NCBI RefSeq assembly: GCF_018350175.1
Contig: NC_058368.1
Location: 71,550,001-71,614,000 of the forward strand
From: Felis catus
Lineage: Eukaryota
DNA: 64,000 nt
Direction: 5' to 3'
The position numbers and the translations under genes are program-made. This document shows, one piece after another, positions 49,545 through 62,892 of this stretch (its first letter is position 1; the number at the start of each line of letters is the position of its first letter). The notes below the pieces were generated by a model that made no database searches, had not been told where the DNA came from, and worked only from the letters and a program-made list of their open reading frames with translations.

Positions 49545-50290
49545 TAATTTAAAAAGTTTTAAACCTATCTTGATATAATTTAAGACTTCTAGAAAGAATG
49601 CAAAAATAGTACAATTATGAATGTCCATATAATTTCACTGATTCCCCAAATGTTAACGTTTTGTATAACATGTTACTATGTATAACATTTGTTGCGGTGG
49701 CTTTATTGTGTGTCATCCCACACCCCCATGATTGTTTTTCTGAACGATTTTAGTTAAGTTGCTAGCAACTTATTTTAAAGTCAGGACAGCATTCCCTTAT
49801 ATAACCACAGTGCAGGAAGTTAACATTGGCACAGTAATATTATCTAGTCTAAAAGCCTTTAAAGTTTCGCTGGTTTTCCTACTTATGTCTTTTATAGCAA
49901 AAGAAAATAATTTTTTTTTCTGGTTGGGGCTCTAATTCAGAAACACACATTGCATTTACTTTTCATGTCCTTTTACTTTGCTTCATTCGAAAAGAGTTCC
50001 TTGGTCTTTGTCTTATGTGACCTTTACATTTTTTTAAGATAGGTCTTTTATTTTGTCAGATGGGTCTCAATTTAGGTTTGTCTGGTGTTTTCTCATAATC
50101 AGATGAATTTATACATTTTTGGAATGTATACCAAAGTGTGGCATACCACCGAAGTGTGTTGTGCCCTCAGTACATCCTAGGGAGAGAGGCACATGTCCCA
50201 TCACTGGTGATATTACTTTGATTACTTGGTTAAGGTGGGATTTGTCCAGTTTCTCTGCATTAAACTTACTACTTTTCCTTTTTCTAGTTG
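49545..50290 (-). mobile_element. L1MC-like LINE-1 3' region
   Basis: taattttaagacttctagaaagaatgcaaaaatagtac..tttggattacttggttaaggtgg. Confidence 0.7.
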
Positions 50291-51689
50291 TCTGGTAAAG
50301 GAAATTGACACTTAAACTGGTCATTTCGACACAGCATGGTAGGTATGACAGACAGCCAGGGTACCATGGGAGCCATGGAATCCCCTGACGTGATGACACC
50401 TCAGCGGTGACTTAGGGAATGATTGTTGAATCAGCCAGCCACAGGAATCTGAGGAGGATATTCTAGAAGGCTACAATACCATGAACACAGCCATAGAGCC
50501 ATGAAATAGCATGGTATGTTAAGGAAACTGCAGTGGTTGGCATCTTGAGTTCTGAGATTGAGTTCTCCAATCATGGAATCCTCAGATGGAAATCTGAGTG
50601 CGTGAGGTCTCATGGGAAGCTGGAAGTGAAGGTCCTGCTCTCTCTCAGGAATTGTGGGGTCTTTTTTTGTCTCTGAATTCTACAGTCCTCTCTTCCCTAA
50701 TTCACAGAGCCAAAAGTAGCAGAAATGTGGGCATTAGAGGGAAAATCACAGTATTTGATAGTTGTACAAGTTACATCATCAGTGGGATGCAATTTATTCT
50801 ATTCCACTGGAAATTGATTTCTTTTTCAGAGAAGGTAATTATCTTTGCAAAAAGCTCATGTCACTTTTTTGTCTCATCTTTTCCAGCATAAAAATTATTG
50901 AAAATAAAAATGGGAAAAATGATGCAAATAAAACAAAAATCAACCTGAATCTGGCTTTGCAATATATAGCCGAGAAGCCTGCTACTCTTTGGCTTGAGTA
51001 AGAAGTTAAAATTGTGGAGTGGTGAATGGGTGTAGCCTCTCTATGCTCTTTGACACTCAGCCAATTTGAAATTTTTATTTTTGTGGCAAATGTTGCTAAC
51101 TTACCCAAGTATGAGGTAGCAAATACATTTGGACTGCCCAGGACTTTTCCAGGCTCCTGTCAAGAAACTGCTATAATTCTCCAAGAGTCTCCAAATTAAA
51201 TTCGTGTCAAGACATCCCCTTTGTTCTAGAAGTGAGGTCATCTTTGGAAAGTGGACATTAGCGATGCTGTGAGTGAGAAAAGGATTATGAACCTCTGTCT
51301 GAGCTTTAATGATGTCTGGGCAAAAATACATGTTCAGAAGAATTCCTTGAGGTTTTCAAGACCCTATAAATTTCTAAGAGAAATTACTAGTTCTGAGGCT
51401 CAGAGAATTTCATTCTTCAGCATTGGAACTTTTCATAACTACCTGCTTTTTGCCTCCTCTTGCTCGGGTAGAGGTATGCAGAGCTTGGCCAAAATGATCA
51501 TAGATTCTTTTTACTTTTCATCCACAATTTTGACTATCTTCTGTGTACCAGACACTATGATCCGTAACTAATGGAGGTCATCACATCGATGTGTGTATCA
51601 GTGCCAGCCCCAAATCAGGTAGCATAATCCAGTATTTCTAACTAAAGAGCCTTAATGTGAATGCTTTACTACATTCATGTGGCTAACCG

Positions 51690-52060
51690 TATTCTTTTAA
51701 TTGAGTCAAAATTTATGTAACATAAAATTTGCCATTAATTATTTTTAAATATACTGTTCTGTGGCATTTAGTACATTTGCAGGGCTGTGGCCTCTCTCTA
51801 GTTCCAACGCAAAAAGCAACTCTGTACCTCTTAGCCATCACTCATACCCCTCTCTCCCCAGCCCTCAGCAGCCACTAGTCAGCTCTCTGCGCCTGGATTT
51901 TCCTGTTCTTATGTTTTGTATAATTGGAATCATAGATTATATAACTTTTTGTGATTGGCCTCCTTCACTTAGCATAATATTTTTTTGTGGTTCACCTGTT
52001 GTAGCAAGTGTCAGTTTCCTGTTTTTTGTTCCTTTTTATGGTTGAATAGTATTCTACTAC
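51690..52060 (-). mobile_element. L1MB-like LINE-1 3' end
   Basis: gtggcatttagtacatt..ttcacttagcataat..gttgaatagtattc. Confidence 0.8.
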
Positions 52061-52074
52061 CAAGTGTATTCTTT

Positions 52075-52273
52075 TAAAAAAATGTTTATTTTTGAGGCAG
52101 AGAGAGAACACAAGAGGGGAGAGAGGGAGGTGTGAGGGAGAGAGAGAATCCCAAGCAGACTCTGTGCTGTCAACACAGAGCCCAATGCAGGGCTCAATCC
52201 CATAAATCATGAGATCATGACCTGAGCTGAAGTCAATAGTTGGACACTTAACCAACTGAGCCACCCAGGCCCC
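52075..52273 (-). mobile_element. Can-SINE
   Basis: Perfect 18-bp TSD ctaccaagtgtattcttt. Confidence 0.95.
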
Positions 52274-52445
52274 TCTACCAAGTGTATTCTTTAAGTATGT
52301 TTAAAAATCAACTCCTCCCATTGAACTGTTTTGAAGTGATATTTCTAGAATACAAGCAGTTTAAAGACTCAGCAGTATTATGTTAGCAGATTTTTTTATA
52401 GTAGAGAAAGATTTTGTATTCTGCCCTCAAACCTTGTCCAATTTT

Positions 52446-52650
52446 AAAAAATATTTCTTTATTTATTTTGACAGAGAAAGAATGTGAGTGGGAGAGGGGC
52501 AAAGATAGAGGGAGAGAGAGAATCCTAAGCAGGCTCCATACTATCAGCACAAAGTCCAACACGGGACTCCATCCCACGAACCGTGAGATCATGACCTGAG
52601 CCAAAATCAAGAGTTGGATGCTTAACTGATGGAGCCACCTTGGCGACCCC
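52446..52650 (-). mobile_element. Can-SINE
   Basis: Typical body ending ..ggagccaccttggcgacccc. Confidence 0.92.
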
Positions 52651-53499
52651 TTTACCCATTTTGTTTTTGAACAAGGTACTGACTCAGTTCTCTGGTTCTG
52701 AGAGCTTGGCAATGACAGCAGACAAGATTTGTATCAGCCTGGAGGGCAAAATCACTGCTGTCAGTTGATACTGTGGTGGAAAACTATGAGTTGGGTTGAC
52801 AGGTGGAGGCCTTTCCACCTGTTACAGGTAGAAATCACAGGTGTGCAATCCATGCCTAGGACACTGTTTCCTTCCATTGCTTAGCATGGAACTGCTTTAC
52901 CTTTTCTAAAATACCAACAGCCTTTGCTGTTCCTAAAAATAGGCCTAGAAACTAAGATTTTTTCCTTTGTCAGCAACAGTGTTCCCATACTGAGCTTATT
53001 GACCTGGGAGATAGTTTCATTCCACTGGAGTTTTGGGCAGTGAGAATGGCATATCAGTCTGTTCCCCAGGAGATATTAGTGAAATATTTGTGATTCCGAT
53101 ATTGATGGCTTTTAATGTTTGAGAAACTCTTTCTACTTTTTTCCTCTGGACCAGGAGTCACTGTTTCTAGGCCACGTGGCTTCCTCCTCCCCTTCTGGTA
53201 CCATTGACCTCTTTTATTTGGCAGGGTAACAGGCAAGCCTGTAGGGTGTCTCGAGACAGACGTTTATGTTGGGATGAACAATACTTTGGTAAAGTTAGTT
53301 TCAGCCTTTCGTGTCATGCCTTCTCATGATAAAGAGCATGGGTTGCTGCTGTTTCCAAGATGGACTGATGCTCATTGCGACAAGCACTTCTCCACAGAGC
53401 ACTTGGCCACAAAGGAGCATATCTGTCCCATCATCTTGAGTGGCAAAAATAAGACCAGGGCTCATGTGAACTTTGACAGACTTCCTTATAGAAATAAAT

Positions 53500-56400
53500 C
53501 TTAAATATATTTGATATTAAAAATAAAACTTTTTCTCTCACAGAGGACAGTTTTCAAAATGACACAGAAGAAGCCAAGGAAAACAATATTTTATGTTTTT
53601 GGTTCATAGGCTATGTGAGACTTTTCTGGAGGTGCTAGTATTTAATTGTCCCTAACTTAAGAGTCTATAGAGTTTGAAGGAATAGTCAATTAAATCATGC
53701 TTCTGCCATTGGGGGAGAATGAATAACAGATTTTTTTTTTTTTTTAAGATGGACAATATTTGAATCCCATCCTCAAATCCCTCTGGCTCTGAACATAATT
53801 GAAGTAAGAAATTTGGCAAGAATGGAGTCCCACTGTCCAGGAAAAGAGCTAAAACAATTCTAGTTCAACTCCTTTTCTCCTGGGACCATATTCAGATTGA
53901 GGCAATTAGTTTTAAAATGAATGGAGTTTCCAGATTCTCCACATTCTAACAAGATTGTAGAAAGGTTGAAAGTCACATAGAAGTCAAACTGGTTGAGTGT
54001 ATAATTTCCTCTTGCAGATGCCAGACCAAAGGCAGTAGTGATCTAGTACTTATATTTGCTGTCATTTATTGAGACTAGAATTCTCCTTGGGATATATTAT
54101 AATTTCTTTAATATTAAAGTTTCTTTTCGAGGGATTTGTACTTAATAAGTTTTGTGTAATAACATATGCATTCCATTTGAAGTTACCTTGCCAACTTTTC
54201 TAGGACTTTTTTTTTAGCCTCCCCATAGTTTTTAATAAACCAAGAGATCAAATGAATACTCCCCCAGTTGCCCAGATATTGGGTGGTTATAGCTGGTTTC
54301 AGCCTATCTATAATCTGTAAACATTTAAAGAGAACCCCTTTTGAGAAGATACTTTGAGCCCAGAGGTATTCTCCAACCTCAGAAGGTCACTTACAGAACC
54401 AGAGAAACCTTCAGTCTGTATTAACATGTTTCTTTCTCTAATCTCACCCTTCAAATGATGTGTATGATCTCATTCAGGGGCAGCAACATTGGGGTCAAAG
54501 AAGAACTAACAAGAGAGTAACTGTTGACACCAGAAAACTCCCCAAACTTAGCAAAGCTGGAAAGTTTCGAGGTAGCTAGAAGGTTTTGAAAGCTATTTTT
54601 AGTACACATAGCATAAAATATATTGTGAAGAAGTTCACCTAAAGACTCTTACCCACGTACATCTATGTAAATTCCAACATATGTTTACTCACAAAAACTT
54701 CTTGAGACAGTAGACAAAGTCAGCCATCATCCCAGACTGTTTTTCTTGCTGTTGAAATTTGCAAGAGGTATTAAACATATTTAGTAAGCCTGGGTAGAAT
54801 AAAAGTATTCTATTGAATGTTGATAACTCTAAAGACATGTCTATGTTAATTAAACCAACAAACTTAAACTAGTTTTAATACTGAATAATTTCCCTGATTA
54901 CCCATCCAGAGGTAGAAAAATATGACATCCTAGAGAAGATGGAGGTAGAAAATCCACATCACAAAGGTACAGAGTAAGTATCCAGCTTTTCTTCAAGGAG
55001 TTTTGGGGGTATATCTGCCTCCTATCAGAGGTCTAGAGTGATTACTTTCATTTTTTTCCCTTTCCTTAAGTGCAAGACAATCCTGTTTCTAATGTCCTGA
55101 ATTGTATGCACCTAGAAGTATTTTGAGATGAATAGGGGAGGTTTGAATTGCTTCTCAAACCACATTTCTGGTATTGTAGAGATCACCAAGACAGTACATT
55201 TGTTTGTAATTCCCCAAAGAACTAGATTGCAGCTTGAATATCAAGGGACTGACCTGCTCATCTAATTAAGTTTTCTTCAATTTGCTTCTTTATATCAGGG
55301 AGAAGACTTGCATTCCACCTAAAATTAGAATTAAAAGATTTCTGTGTTCTAGAACTTCAGGGTTTAATGCATTACATCTTTTAAAAGTCTATATAAAGTG
55401 TTTTAAAAAGGACTTTGGGTGCTCTCTTTCCTGAAAGCATAATTCAGTCTTGGCTTTTATCAGCCCCCAAACATCGGTTTCCAGCTGATCATTTGTAGTA
55501 AGGCCTAGAAGAAATTTCGTCATCTGTTTCCTCTGTGAAGCGGGTTGTAAATGGCCACGAATCTTTCTAATTCCTTCCTAAGTTTGGCAAGATCTTCTGA
55601 AAGTGGAGGTCAAAAGAGCTTTATAACTTAAAAAATCTATTGCTGTCCAGGGGACATGAATTCTTTGCACTGGGGGTCCAGGATATATCTGCAGAGAACA
55701 TTGTGTATGAAGGCCTGCGGCTGGCAGGGCCTGATCTCAGGGCTCTGGAAAGTAGAAGGAATTGTAAGAGAAAGATGAGCTAGTCTGCTGGCCATTCAGG
55801 TGCTTCTGCTGAATTCACTACCTGACCTTTATTGTTTACTTGAGGAGCCTGTGTAATACCCTCGGTGCTCTGGGGTGCCTGGGTGACTCAGTCAGTTGAG
55901 CCTCCAACTCTTGATTTTGGGTCAGGTCATGATCCCAGGGCTGTGGGATCAAGCCGTGTATTGGGCTCCACTCTGAGCACGGAGCCTACTTAAGATTCTC
56001 CCTCTCTCTCTCCCTCCCCACCCCGTCCCTCTCCCCCACATGCACACACGCTCTCTAAAATAAAAAAATTAAGTTAAAATTAAAAAAAACATTACAATAT
56101 AGAAGGTTGTCCAATTCAAAGGATCCATCATCTGGCCGTTAAGTAGAATCTTATTTTAATCTCAATAACAACTCAAACCAATAAGCCTTTTTATAACTTA
56201 ATCATGGACACCCCTCAGAGCTGTCCCCTCAGGAGAGTATAAGAAATGGAGCCCTCACAAGTCCAGAAGTTCACTCCCAGGGTTAGCCTTGGAAAGCAGA
56301 CTTCATTGTCACAGGCGGTAGGAATAGTATAGCCTAAACAGTGTCCCTGGCTTCCCAAGAGAATGTGAGACACCTCAGTCACAGATCTGCTAAGCTGTCA

Positions 56401-56610
56401 CACTGAGCAGGTACTACTGGATTGGGACTTTACCAGCTCTAACAAGACAACAAAGGCTGAGATGACAAAGGTCCTCTCTTATCCAGGACCCCTTATGACG
56501 AACTCGTCTGTGAGCTTGCACGGTTGGAGAAAGAGAATGCTGACACCAGTCACAACTCCAAATTGTTACTTGTACTCTGACTGACGGGCTATAAATCAGA
56601 GGTTTCTGTG
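53500..56610 (-). mobile_element. Decayed ERV1 internal sequence (MER4-group-like); boundaries uncertain
   Basis: AT-rich ORF-less interior; leader-like caaaccaataagcctttt..agccctcacaagtccagaag near 56.2 kb. Confidence 0.45.
55872..56090 (+). mobile_element. Older pan-carnivore-type Can-SINE
   Basis: gatcccagggctgtgggatcaagcc..cttaagattctc variant. Confidence 0.9.
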
Positions 56611-56624
56611 ACTTCCTTTCTCTC

Positions 56625-56689
56625 TTTTTTTTTTTTAAGTTTGTTTATTTTTAAGAGAGAGGGGGTATGCACATGAGCAGGGGAGGGGC

Positions 56690-56744
<55 letters not shown>

Positions 56745-56868
56745 CCTGAGCAGGCTCTGTGCCATTAGCACAGAGCCTGACATGGGGCTCGATCCCACAA
56801 ACTGAGATCATGACCTGAGCCAAAATCAAGAGTCAGGCACTTAACTGACTGAGCCACCCAGGCACCCC
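56625..56868 (-). mobile_element. Can-SINE with long (GA)n
   Basis: Typical body. Confidence 0.94.
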
Positions 56869-56974
56869 ATACTCATAACTTCTTAGGTTTATCAGTGATT
56901 ATCATATATGAAGAAAGACTATGTCACTCAGAAGATTTTTCTACCCAGAGCAAGAGTCAAAGAAGCATTCTTTA

Positions 56975-57172
56975 GGGGCTCCTGGATGGCTCAGTCGGTT
57001 AAGCGTCCGACTTTGGCTCAGGTCATGATCTCATAGTTTGTGAGTTCAAGCCCCGTATCAGGCTTCGTGCTGACAGCTCAGAGCCTGGAGCCTGTTTCGG
57101 ATTCTGTGTCTCCCCCTCTCTCTGCCCCTCCCCTGCTTGTTCTCTCTCTATCTCTAAAGAAAAAAAATAAAA
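56975..57172 (+). mobile_element. Can-SINE
   Basis: ggggctcctggatggctcagtcggttaagcgtccgac head. Confidence 0.94.
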
Positions 57173-57249
57173 ACCTCAAAAGGAAAATATGTGATTAAAT
57201 ATTTTTGTGACTTAATATATGTGATTAAAATATTTTAAAATAAATAAAA

Positions 57250-57463
57250 GGGGCCCCAGAGATATCCCTTGCCCCTTCTACCATGTAGGACACAACAGAA
57301 AGATGGCTGTCTGTGAACCAGAGAGCAGGCTCTTACCAGACACAGAATTTGCCAGTGCCTTAATCTTAGACTTCCCAAACTTTGTAACTGTGGAAATAAA
57401 TGTCTGTTATTTGTAAGCCACACATGCATGCTTTCTGTTACAGCAGCCCTGAAGGTCTAAGAT
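57250..57463 (+). mobile_element. MLT1A-like MaLR LTR, 3' part
   Basis: cttagacttccca..aaataaatgtctgttatttgtaagcc..tgttacagcagcc..ctaagata. Confidence 0.78.
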
Positions 57464-57514
57464 AGGCCCCCCTGAAAAGGCTGCTCCAATAGTGGAGTAG
57501 GGTGCCTTACATCC

Positions 57515-57685
57515 ACACTTCTCCAAGGGTGGTCCCAGATCAGCCACCTCAGCATCTCTTGGGAACTTATTAGAAATACAATCCCCCACCCAGTCCTGAG
57601 TCAGCAACCCTGGAGGTGGGGCCCAGCAATCTGCTCTAACCAGCCCTCTGGGTGAGTTTTGAGTCTTCTGGGTGGAGAACCACTA
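57515..57685 (+). mobile_element. MER5A
   Basis: cagcatctcttgggaacttattagaaat..ggtggggcccagcaatctg..gagaaccact. Confidence 0.8.
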
Positions 57686-58918
57686 CTTGTGCTGTCTTAA
57701 TGGAGAGCACTGCCCCTTGATGCCACTTCTGCTGATTCCATGTGTATCAAACAACCATGGATGTAATTTGTGTACACACACTACACTTGCGGGATGTGCT
57801 ACTTCCCTTTACAAATGTATTTCTGATTGTAAATTTACAGGATGGTTTTCACACATCAGTTGCTTGTGAGCTTGACAAGCAAACCCATCTAGCTGAGAAT
57901 GACCCATTCTGTGCTATAGAGGAAGTCTGTAGCACAGTGTAAGTCTGAGGAAGTCTAAGGCTGTGAAACAGTGGCCCGGCCTGTGATCTAGGGTGGATTC
58001 ACTAACGTAGATGCCATGGGGTGAGTCAGCCCAGCGGCCACGGTCCCATCCCAGCCCTCCTGGGGCTCTCTCTTTCCTGACCTTATATTCCAGTGGAAGA
58101 ACTAACTGATAGCCCTCTGGTCTCTGGGTTCTGGACACAAGTGAAGTGTTTCCTAGACTTATTTTCGTGGACTGCTGTGTAACATTATTTAACTGTAATT
58201 GTAAAAGTGTTAGGTGTTTTTCAATTTGATTAGACAGCTTTCGCTTAGGAATAAGTCCACAGGGAAATGATCCTAACTTCTATGACTAAAGCTTCGGGTG
58301 ATTTCTTTTGGCATTTCTGACCTTCTAGACTCAGAAAAACCACTGAGTGGTTAACAGTTTATAAAGTTAAGAGAGCTTTATGTTGATTGATATGAATGTT
58401 AGTATTTGAGCAAAGGACAGCTTCTGGGACATTATTGTGGAGTCATTGCAACCAAGCTTGGTTATCTGCTCCGTACAGATAACCGGTCATGCTGTCGGGG
58501 ACAATTAGAGAAAACGAGAATGAAGTTGAGTGAAGGACAGGGGGATAGAGGAGACGGCAGACATGGTTTGTCAGTGCAGCCTTGGGAGGAAGGGCCCGAG
58601 AAGCTGAGGGGCAGCATACCCAAGGCCTTCTTACATTTACAACTGTGCCTCTTAGTCCTCAGGAATAAGAGAGCTGAGTCCTGGGGAAGAGGGGCCAGCC
58701 GGGCCAGTTGGGGCTATTTTTCTGCATTCTGGAGTTGTTATAGCAGAGTCTGTGTATTATGGAAGGGGGTTGGGAACAACACAGGGGTATATGGGAATTT
58801 TCCCTCTGCTTCAGATGAGCTAAGCATGCAAAAAGAAGTAACCTAACTTCCTTCCTGTGTTTAAAAACTGATAGTCAAGGATGCTGACTGGCAAAATACC
58901 ATGGATTTCCCCCTTTTT

Positions 58919-59128
58919 ATTTATTTATTTTTATTAAAATGTTTTATTTATTTATTTAGAGAGGTGGGGGCGGGGGGAGGAGCAGGGAGAGGGAAACCAA
59001 GCAGGCTCCACACCATCTGGCCATCTGCGCAGAGCCTAATGGGGGATTCGATCCCATGAACCATGAGATCATGACCTGAGTCAAAATCAAGAGTCAGATG
59101 CTTAACCTACTGAGCCACCCAGGTGCCC
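58919..59128 (-). mobile_element. Can-SINE
   Basis: TSD ttcccccttttt. Confidence 0.92.
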
Positions 59129-59785
59129 GAATTCCCCCCTTTTTAAATAAGGCAGCTTCCTTGTTGTATTGTACCCAGTGTGGATGCATTTATAAAAATA
59201 GATATGTATGTTTGTGTTTTTATAGATTTACATGAGTAGATTTACAATCCAAATTATTTCATGACTTCAGGGGAGTGGGATTGGAGGGGGGATTATTAGC
59301 TTGTTTTATATACTTCTTTATTATAGGACTCTTACAAGTCTTTAACTCTTGCTCACTTCATAAAAGAAATCTTAAATTTTATAAGAGTTTTCAAAGTTCA
59401 CTCACAAACTCAGTCCCCAGTTCTCTCTCTCACTTATAAATCTCTCAATTTCCTCAAATATGAATTCTCCTGCCCTGAGAATTTAGAACATAGACCCTAA
59501 GTCTGGGGCAAGATTATGATAGATTAGCATAGATACAGCAAAGTTTCCAGGTAGTATGCTCATGAGAATTGAATAGAAGGCCACATTATTAGGCTAAGAA
59601 TATTATCAGAGGAAATTCCAAATGTAGGAGACTGAGGTGTGAAAAATAAGTTGTGTGTTTACATGTGCTTGAGAGAGAGAGACTTAGATCTATGTGTTTT
59701 GATGAATTCTGGAATACCCAATACAGCCTCCAGTGTCTTCTCGGAGAATATGCCCAAGCATTCTGGTGTCTGAATTTTGACTTCA

Positions 59786-60890
59786 TGAGATATTGTGATT
59801 TGTAATAAGAAATACACGTTTGGGGGTGCCTGGGTAGCTCAGTTGGTTAAGTGTCCAGCCTTGGCTCAGGTGATGATCTCATGGTTCATGGGTTTGAGCC
59901 CCACATTGGGCTCTATGCTGACAGCTTGGAGCCTAGAGCCTGCTTCAGATTCTGTGTTTCTCTCTGTCTCTGCCCCTCCCCTGCTCATGCTCTGTCTCTC
60001 TTTCAAAACTAAATAAACATTTAAAAAATTAAAAAAAAAATACATGTTTGTTCTTTGTCCCATTCCTGGCATAGAGCTCCTAAAGCCCTTGGAATTTCCT
60101 AAGTGAAATGAGTGATAAAGGTAAAGAGAGCATCTTTCATTATTTATAACAAGCCCCTTCCAGCTACACCTGAGCTTAGGTTAATGAGTGACTTTTGGAA
60201 AGCCTCTAAGGATGGGGGGGGGGTTGCTAGTTTCCAGGGAAAGCAAGAAGGTGATTAGAGTTCTGGAACTTTCAGCCCTACCCCCCCCTCCCCCCCGCCA
60301 AAAAAAGAAAAAAAGAAAAAAAAACAACTCTGGGGAGAGAATAGAGGCTGGAAGTTAAACTAACCACTAACAGCCAATGATTTAATGGATCATGATTCCA
60401 TAAGGAAGCCTCTGTAAACTCTAACTGAAGAGGTTTGGAGAGGTTGTGGGTTGATGTGCCAGGAGGGTGGCACACCTGGTATGGTCATGGATGCTCTGCA
60501 CCCTCCCTCATATTTTATCTGTGCATTTTTTCAATCTGGCTGTTCCTGAGGGGTTTTCTTTTGTAATAAGTGAGTAATCTAGTAAGCAAACTATTTTCCT
60601 GAGTTCTGTGAGCCATTCTAACAAAGTTTCAAATCCGAGGAGGGAGTTGTGGGAGCCTCCAATTTATTTATAGCAGGTCCATCAGAAGCACAGGTGACAA
60701 CCTGGACTTGTGATTGGCATCTGAGGTGGGGCCAGTCTTGTGGGACTGAGCCCTTAACCTGGGAGGTCTGACACTAACTGCAGGTAGACAGTGTCAGAAC
60801 TGAATTGATTGGTGTGGGGAAAATGCCCACACAGTTAGTGGCCAGAGTATTCTGAGTATGAAAAAGTGTTTTGTTTTTCCTTTCACTTCA
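59786..60890 (+). mobile_element. MER21-family LTR containing a SINE
   Basis: tgagatattgtgatttgtaataagaaat..ttcctggcatagagctcctaaagcccttgg..ttgtgggactgagcccttaacct. Confidence 0.75.
59822..60037 (+). mobile_element. Can-SINE
   Basis: TSD aaatacacgtttg/aaatacatgtttg. Confidence 0.94.
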
Positions 60891-61399
60891 AGAGAGGGGC
60901 TAACATAAAAAAGCCCCCCTCACATTGATTACATGATTTATAGTCCTCATCTATATTTATATTTGTGTTATTTATGAATGTCTTTTCTCTCTGGCCAGAT
61001 TCTGGTGTTTGAGGTCAGGAGCCAATTTTTCTTATTTATATTGTATTCTCATATTACCCATATGTGCATGATAAATAGTTTTTGAATGAATGAACCATAC
61101 TCTTTCACTAATTGAGTATGACATTATCTAAGCAAAGGATGACCATAGAATCCTGCACTGCCCGATCTGGATGCCTTCTTAATATCAGAACCAACTTCTT
61201 TTCTTTGATCTTAGAGCCAGGTGTCATTTTGAAAAATTTAGTCTATTTCCTTAATGTGGAACCATAGAACTAGAATTGTAACCAATAGAATTTGCTATTC
61301 CATGATGCTTTACAATATACAATTAAAAAAATCACAACTACCACTGTCTTGTCTTTGACAATCAGAGGTACTTGGGAAGGAAAGAGGAAATCATATTTG

Positions 61400-61590
61400 G
61401 TGAGTGGTTACTGTCAGGCACTTGCTACTTAGTCTGCAAAACTTTTTTCAGTTTAATCTCTCAGTCATTTAATCCATGTTTTATCTTGATTTTAGAAATG
61501 AAGAGATTTGTTCTGAGAAGTTAGATCACTTGGCCAAAAGGTGAATCTATTGGGATATCAAAATTCAGGCCATTTGGCTTCAAAGACTTG
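61400..61590 (-). mobile_element. MIR
   Basis: ttttagaaatgaagag..ctgagaagttagatcacttggccaa. Confidence 0.55.
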
Positions 61591-61816
61591 TGCTTTTTTT
61601 TCTTTGAACTCTCTTCTGCTTCCAGTATGGTGGCCACGTCTCCTTTTACCTCTGTTGTCCACATGGCTTTATAGGGCTTGTCTGTCTTCAATACTGTATC
61701 TTCTGTATATTGTGCCACATGTGACATGCCAGAAGTCCACTTAGTAGCATGGGTTAAACTTCTGAGATATGTAAGAATTCTAAACTATAAAATTGCTAAG
61801 CAGTCCCCTGATAGAT

Positions 61817-62364
61817 TGCAGAGGCCAAGGGCAGGCCACAGCAAAATGGGCCCTTTCGTATGAAGATAATTTTGAGTTAAAAGCAATCAAAACCCAGCAG
61901 ATTCAGGAAAAGCTCTTTATCTCCCGCACAACTGCCTAAAAAGAATTTAGTTAGGGGGCCTGCTCCAGGAAGAGAGCTGTCCCCACAGATGACTACATTA
62001 CACCTTGAGCTAGGTACAGTAGATAGGGAGGAAGCTAGCTAGCAAGGCCTGTTTGTTCCAAGTCCTCCATGTTCTGTTGTTTCTGAGTGGCCCAGCAAAC
62101 ACTTGTTTACCAAACATTTATTCTTTCTCATTCTTCCTAAAGGTTACATTCCTTCCCTTTGAGGTCCCAGACCCATACCCCCTTCTCCTCAGTGTTCAAC
62201 ATGACAGAGATGCCTTATTTTGCCTGTGTTTGCGATTTCATGTCTGTGTGGATTTCCTGTAACTACAATTTTAAATTTGATCTTCTGTTCATCTTACGTC
62301 CACCTGATCCTTAATCCAGCTAGAAGGACCTTGAATGTTAGAGGAAATTTCTTCCTCCCTGACA
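61817..62364 (+). mobile_element. MER34-family (ERV1) solo LTR
   Basis: TG..CA ends; gataattttgagttaaaagcaat; ..ttcttcctccctgaca; perfect 4-bp TSD agat. Confidence 0.75.
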
Positions 62365-62404
62365 AGATCATTCCCAGTACTTTGGACCAGGGGTTGTTGG
62401 GTTG

Positions 62405-62892
62405 TGTAGGAGATGAAAACTTTTTCTTCTCTCAGATTTCAGTGCCTGGAGCCTTTCTAATCAAACTGACAAAAGGCAGATTAACAAAAGAAAAAAATAG
62501 ATTATGTTACGTACTTATATACTTGGGAGTTCCCCAAAAAATGTAAAATAAGACATTTAGAATGTGGGGGGTTTATACTATCTTAACAAAGGACACTATA
62601 GTGTGGGGACAAAGGAAAGGAGGTTTGGGACTTCTGGGGGTGGGAGTAAGTTGTGGGAAGGTAACTAGGAAATGTAGGATAAATATGGTATTTTTAGTGT
62701 GGTTTCTCATGCCGACAAGAACCTTCTCAGGCCATAAGAGTAGCTCTGGAGCAGTTCTCTTCCTTGTGTATGAGAGAAAGACACCTGCTTCTAGACCAGA
62801 AGGGGAGGGCAGAGAGCTCATTGCTTTCAGCTCAAAGCAATCCTTTCAACGAAAGGGCATGTTTTGGGGTGGCTGGCATACTGTGCCCTTCT
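62405..62892 (-). mobile_element. MER34-family (ERV1) solo LTR
   Basis: tgtaggagatgaaaa.. and ..ttcagctcaaagcaatcc..ttttggggtggc..cccttc. Confidence 0.65.
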
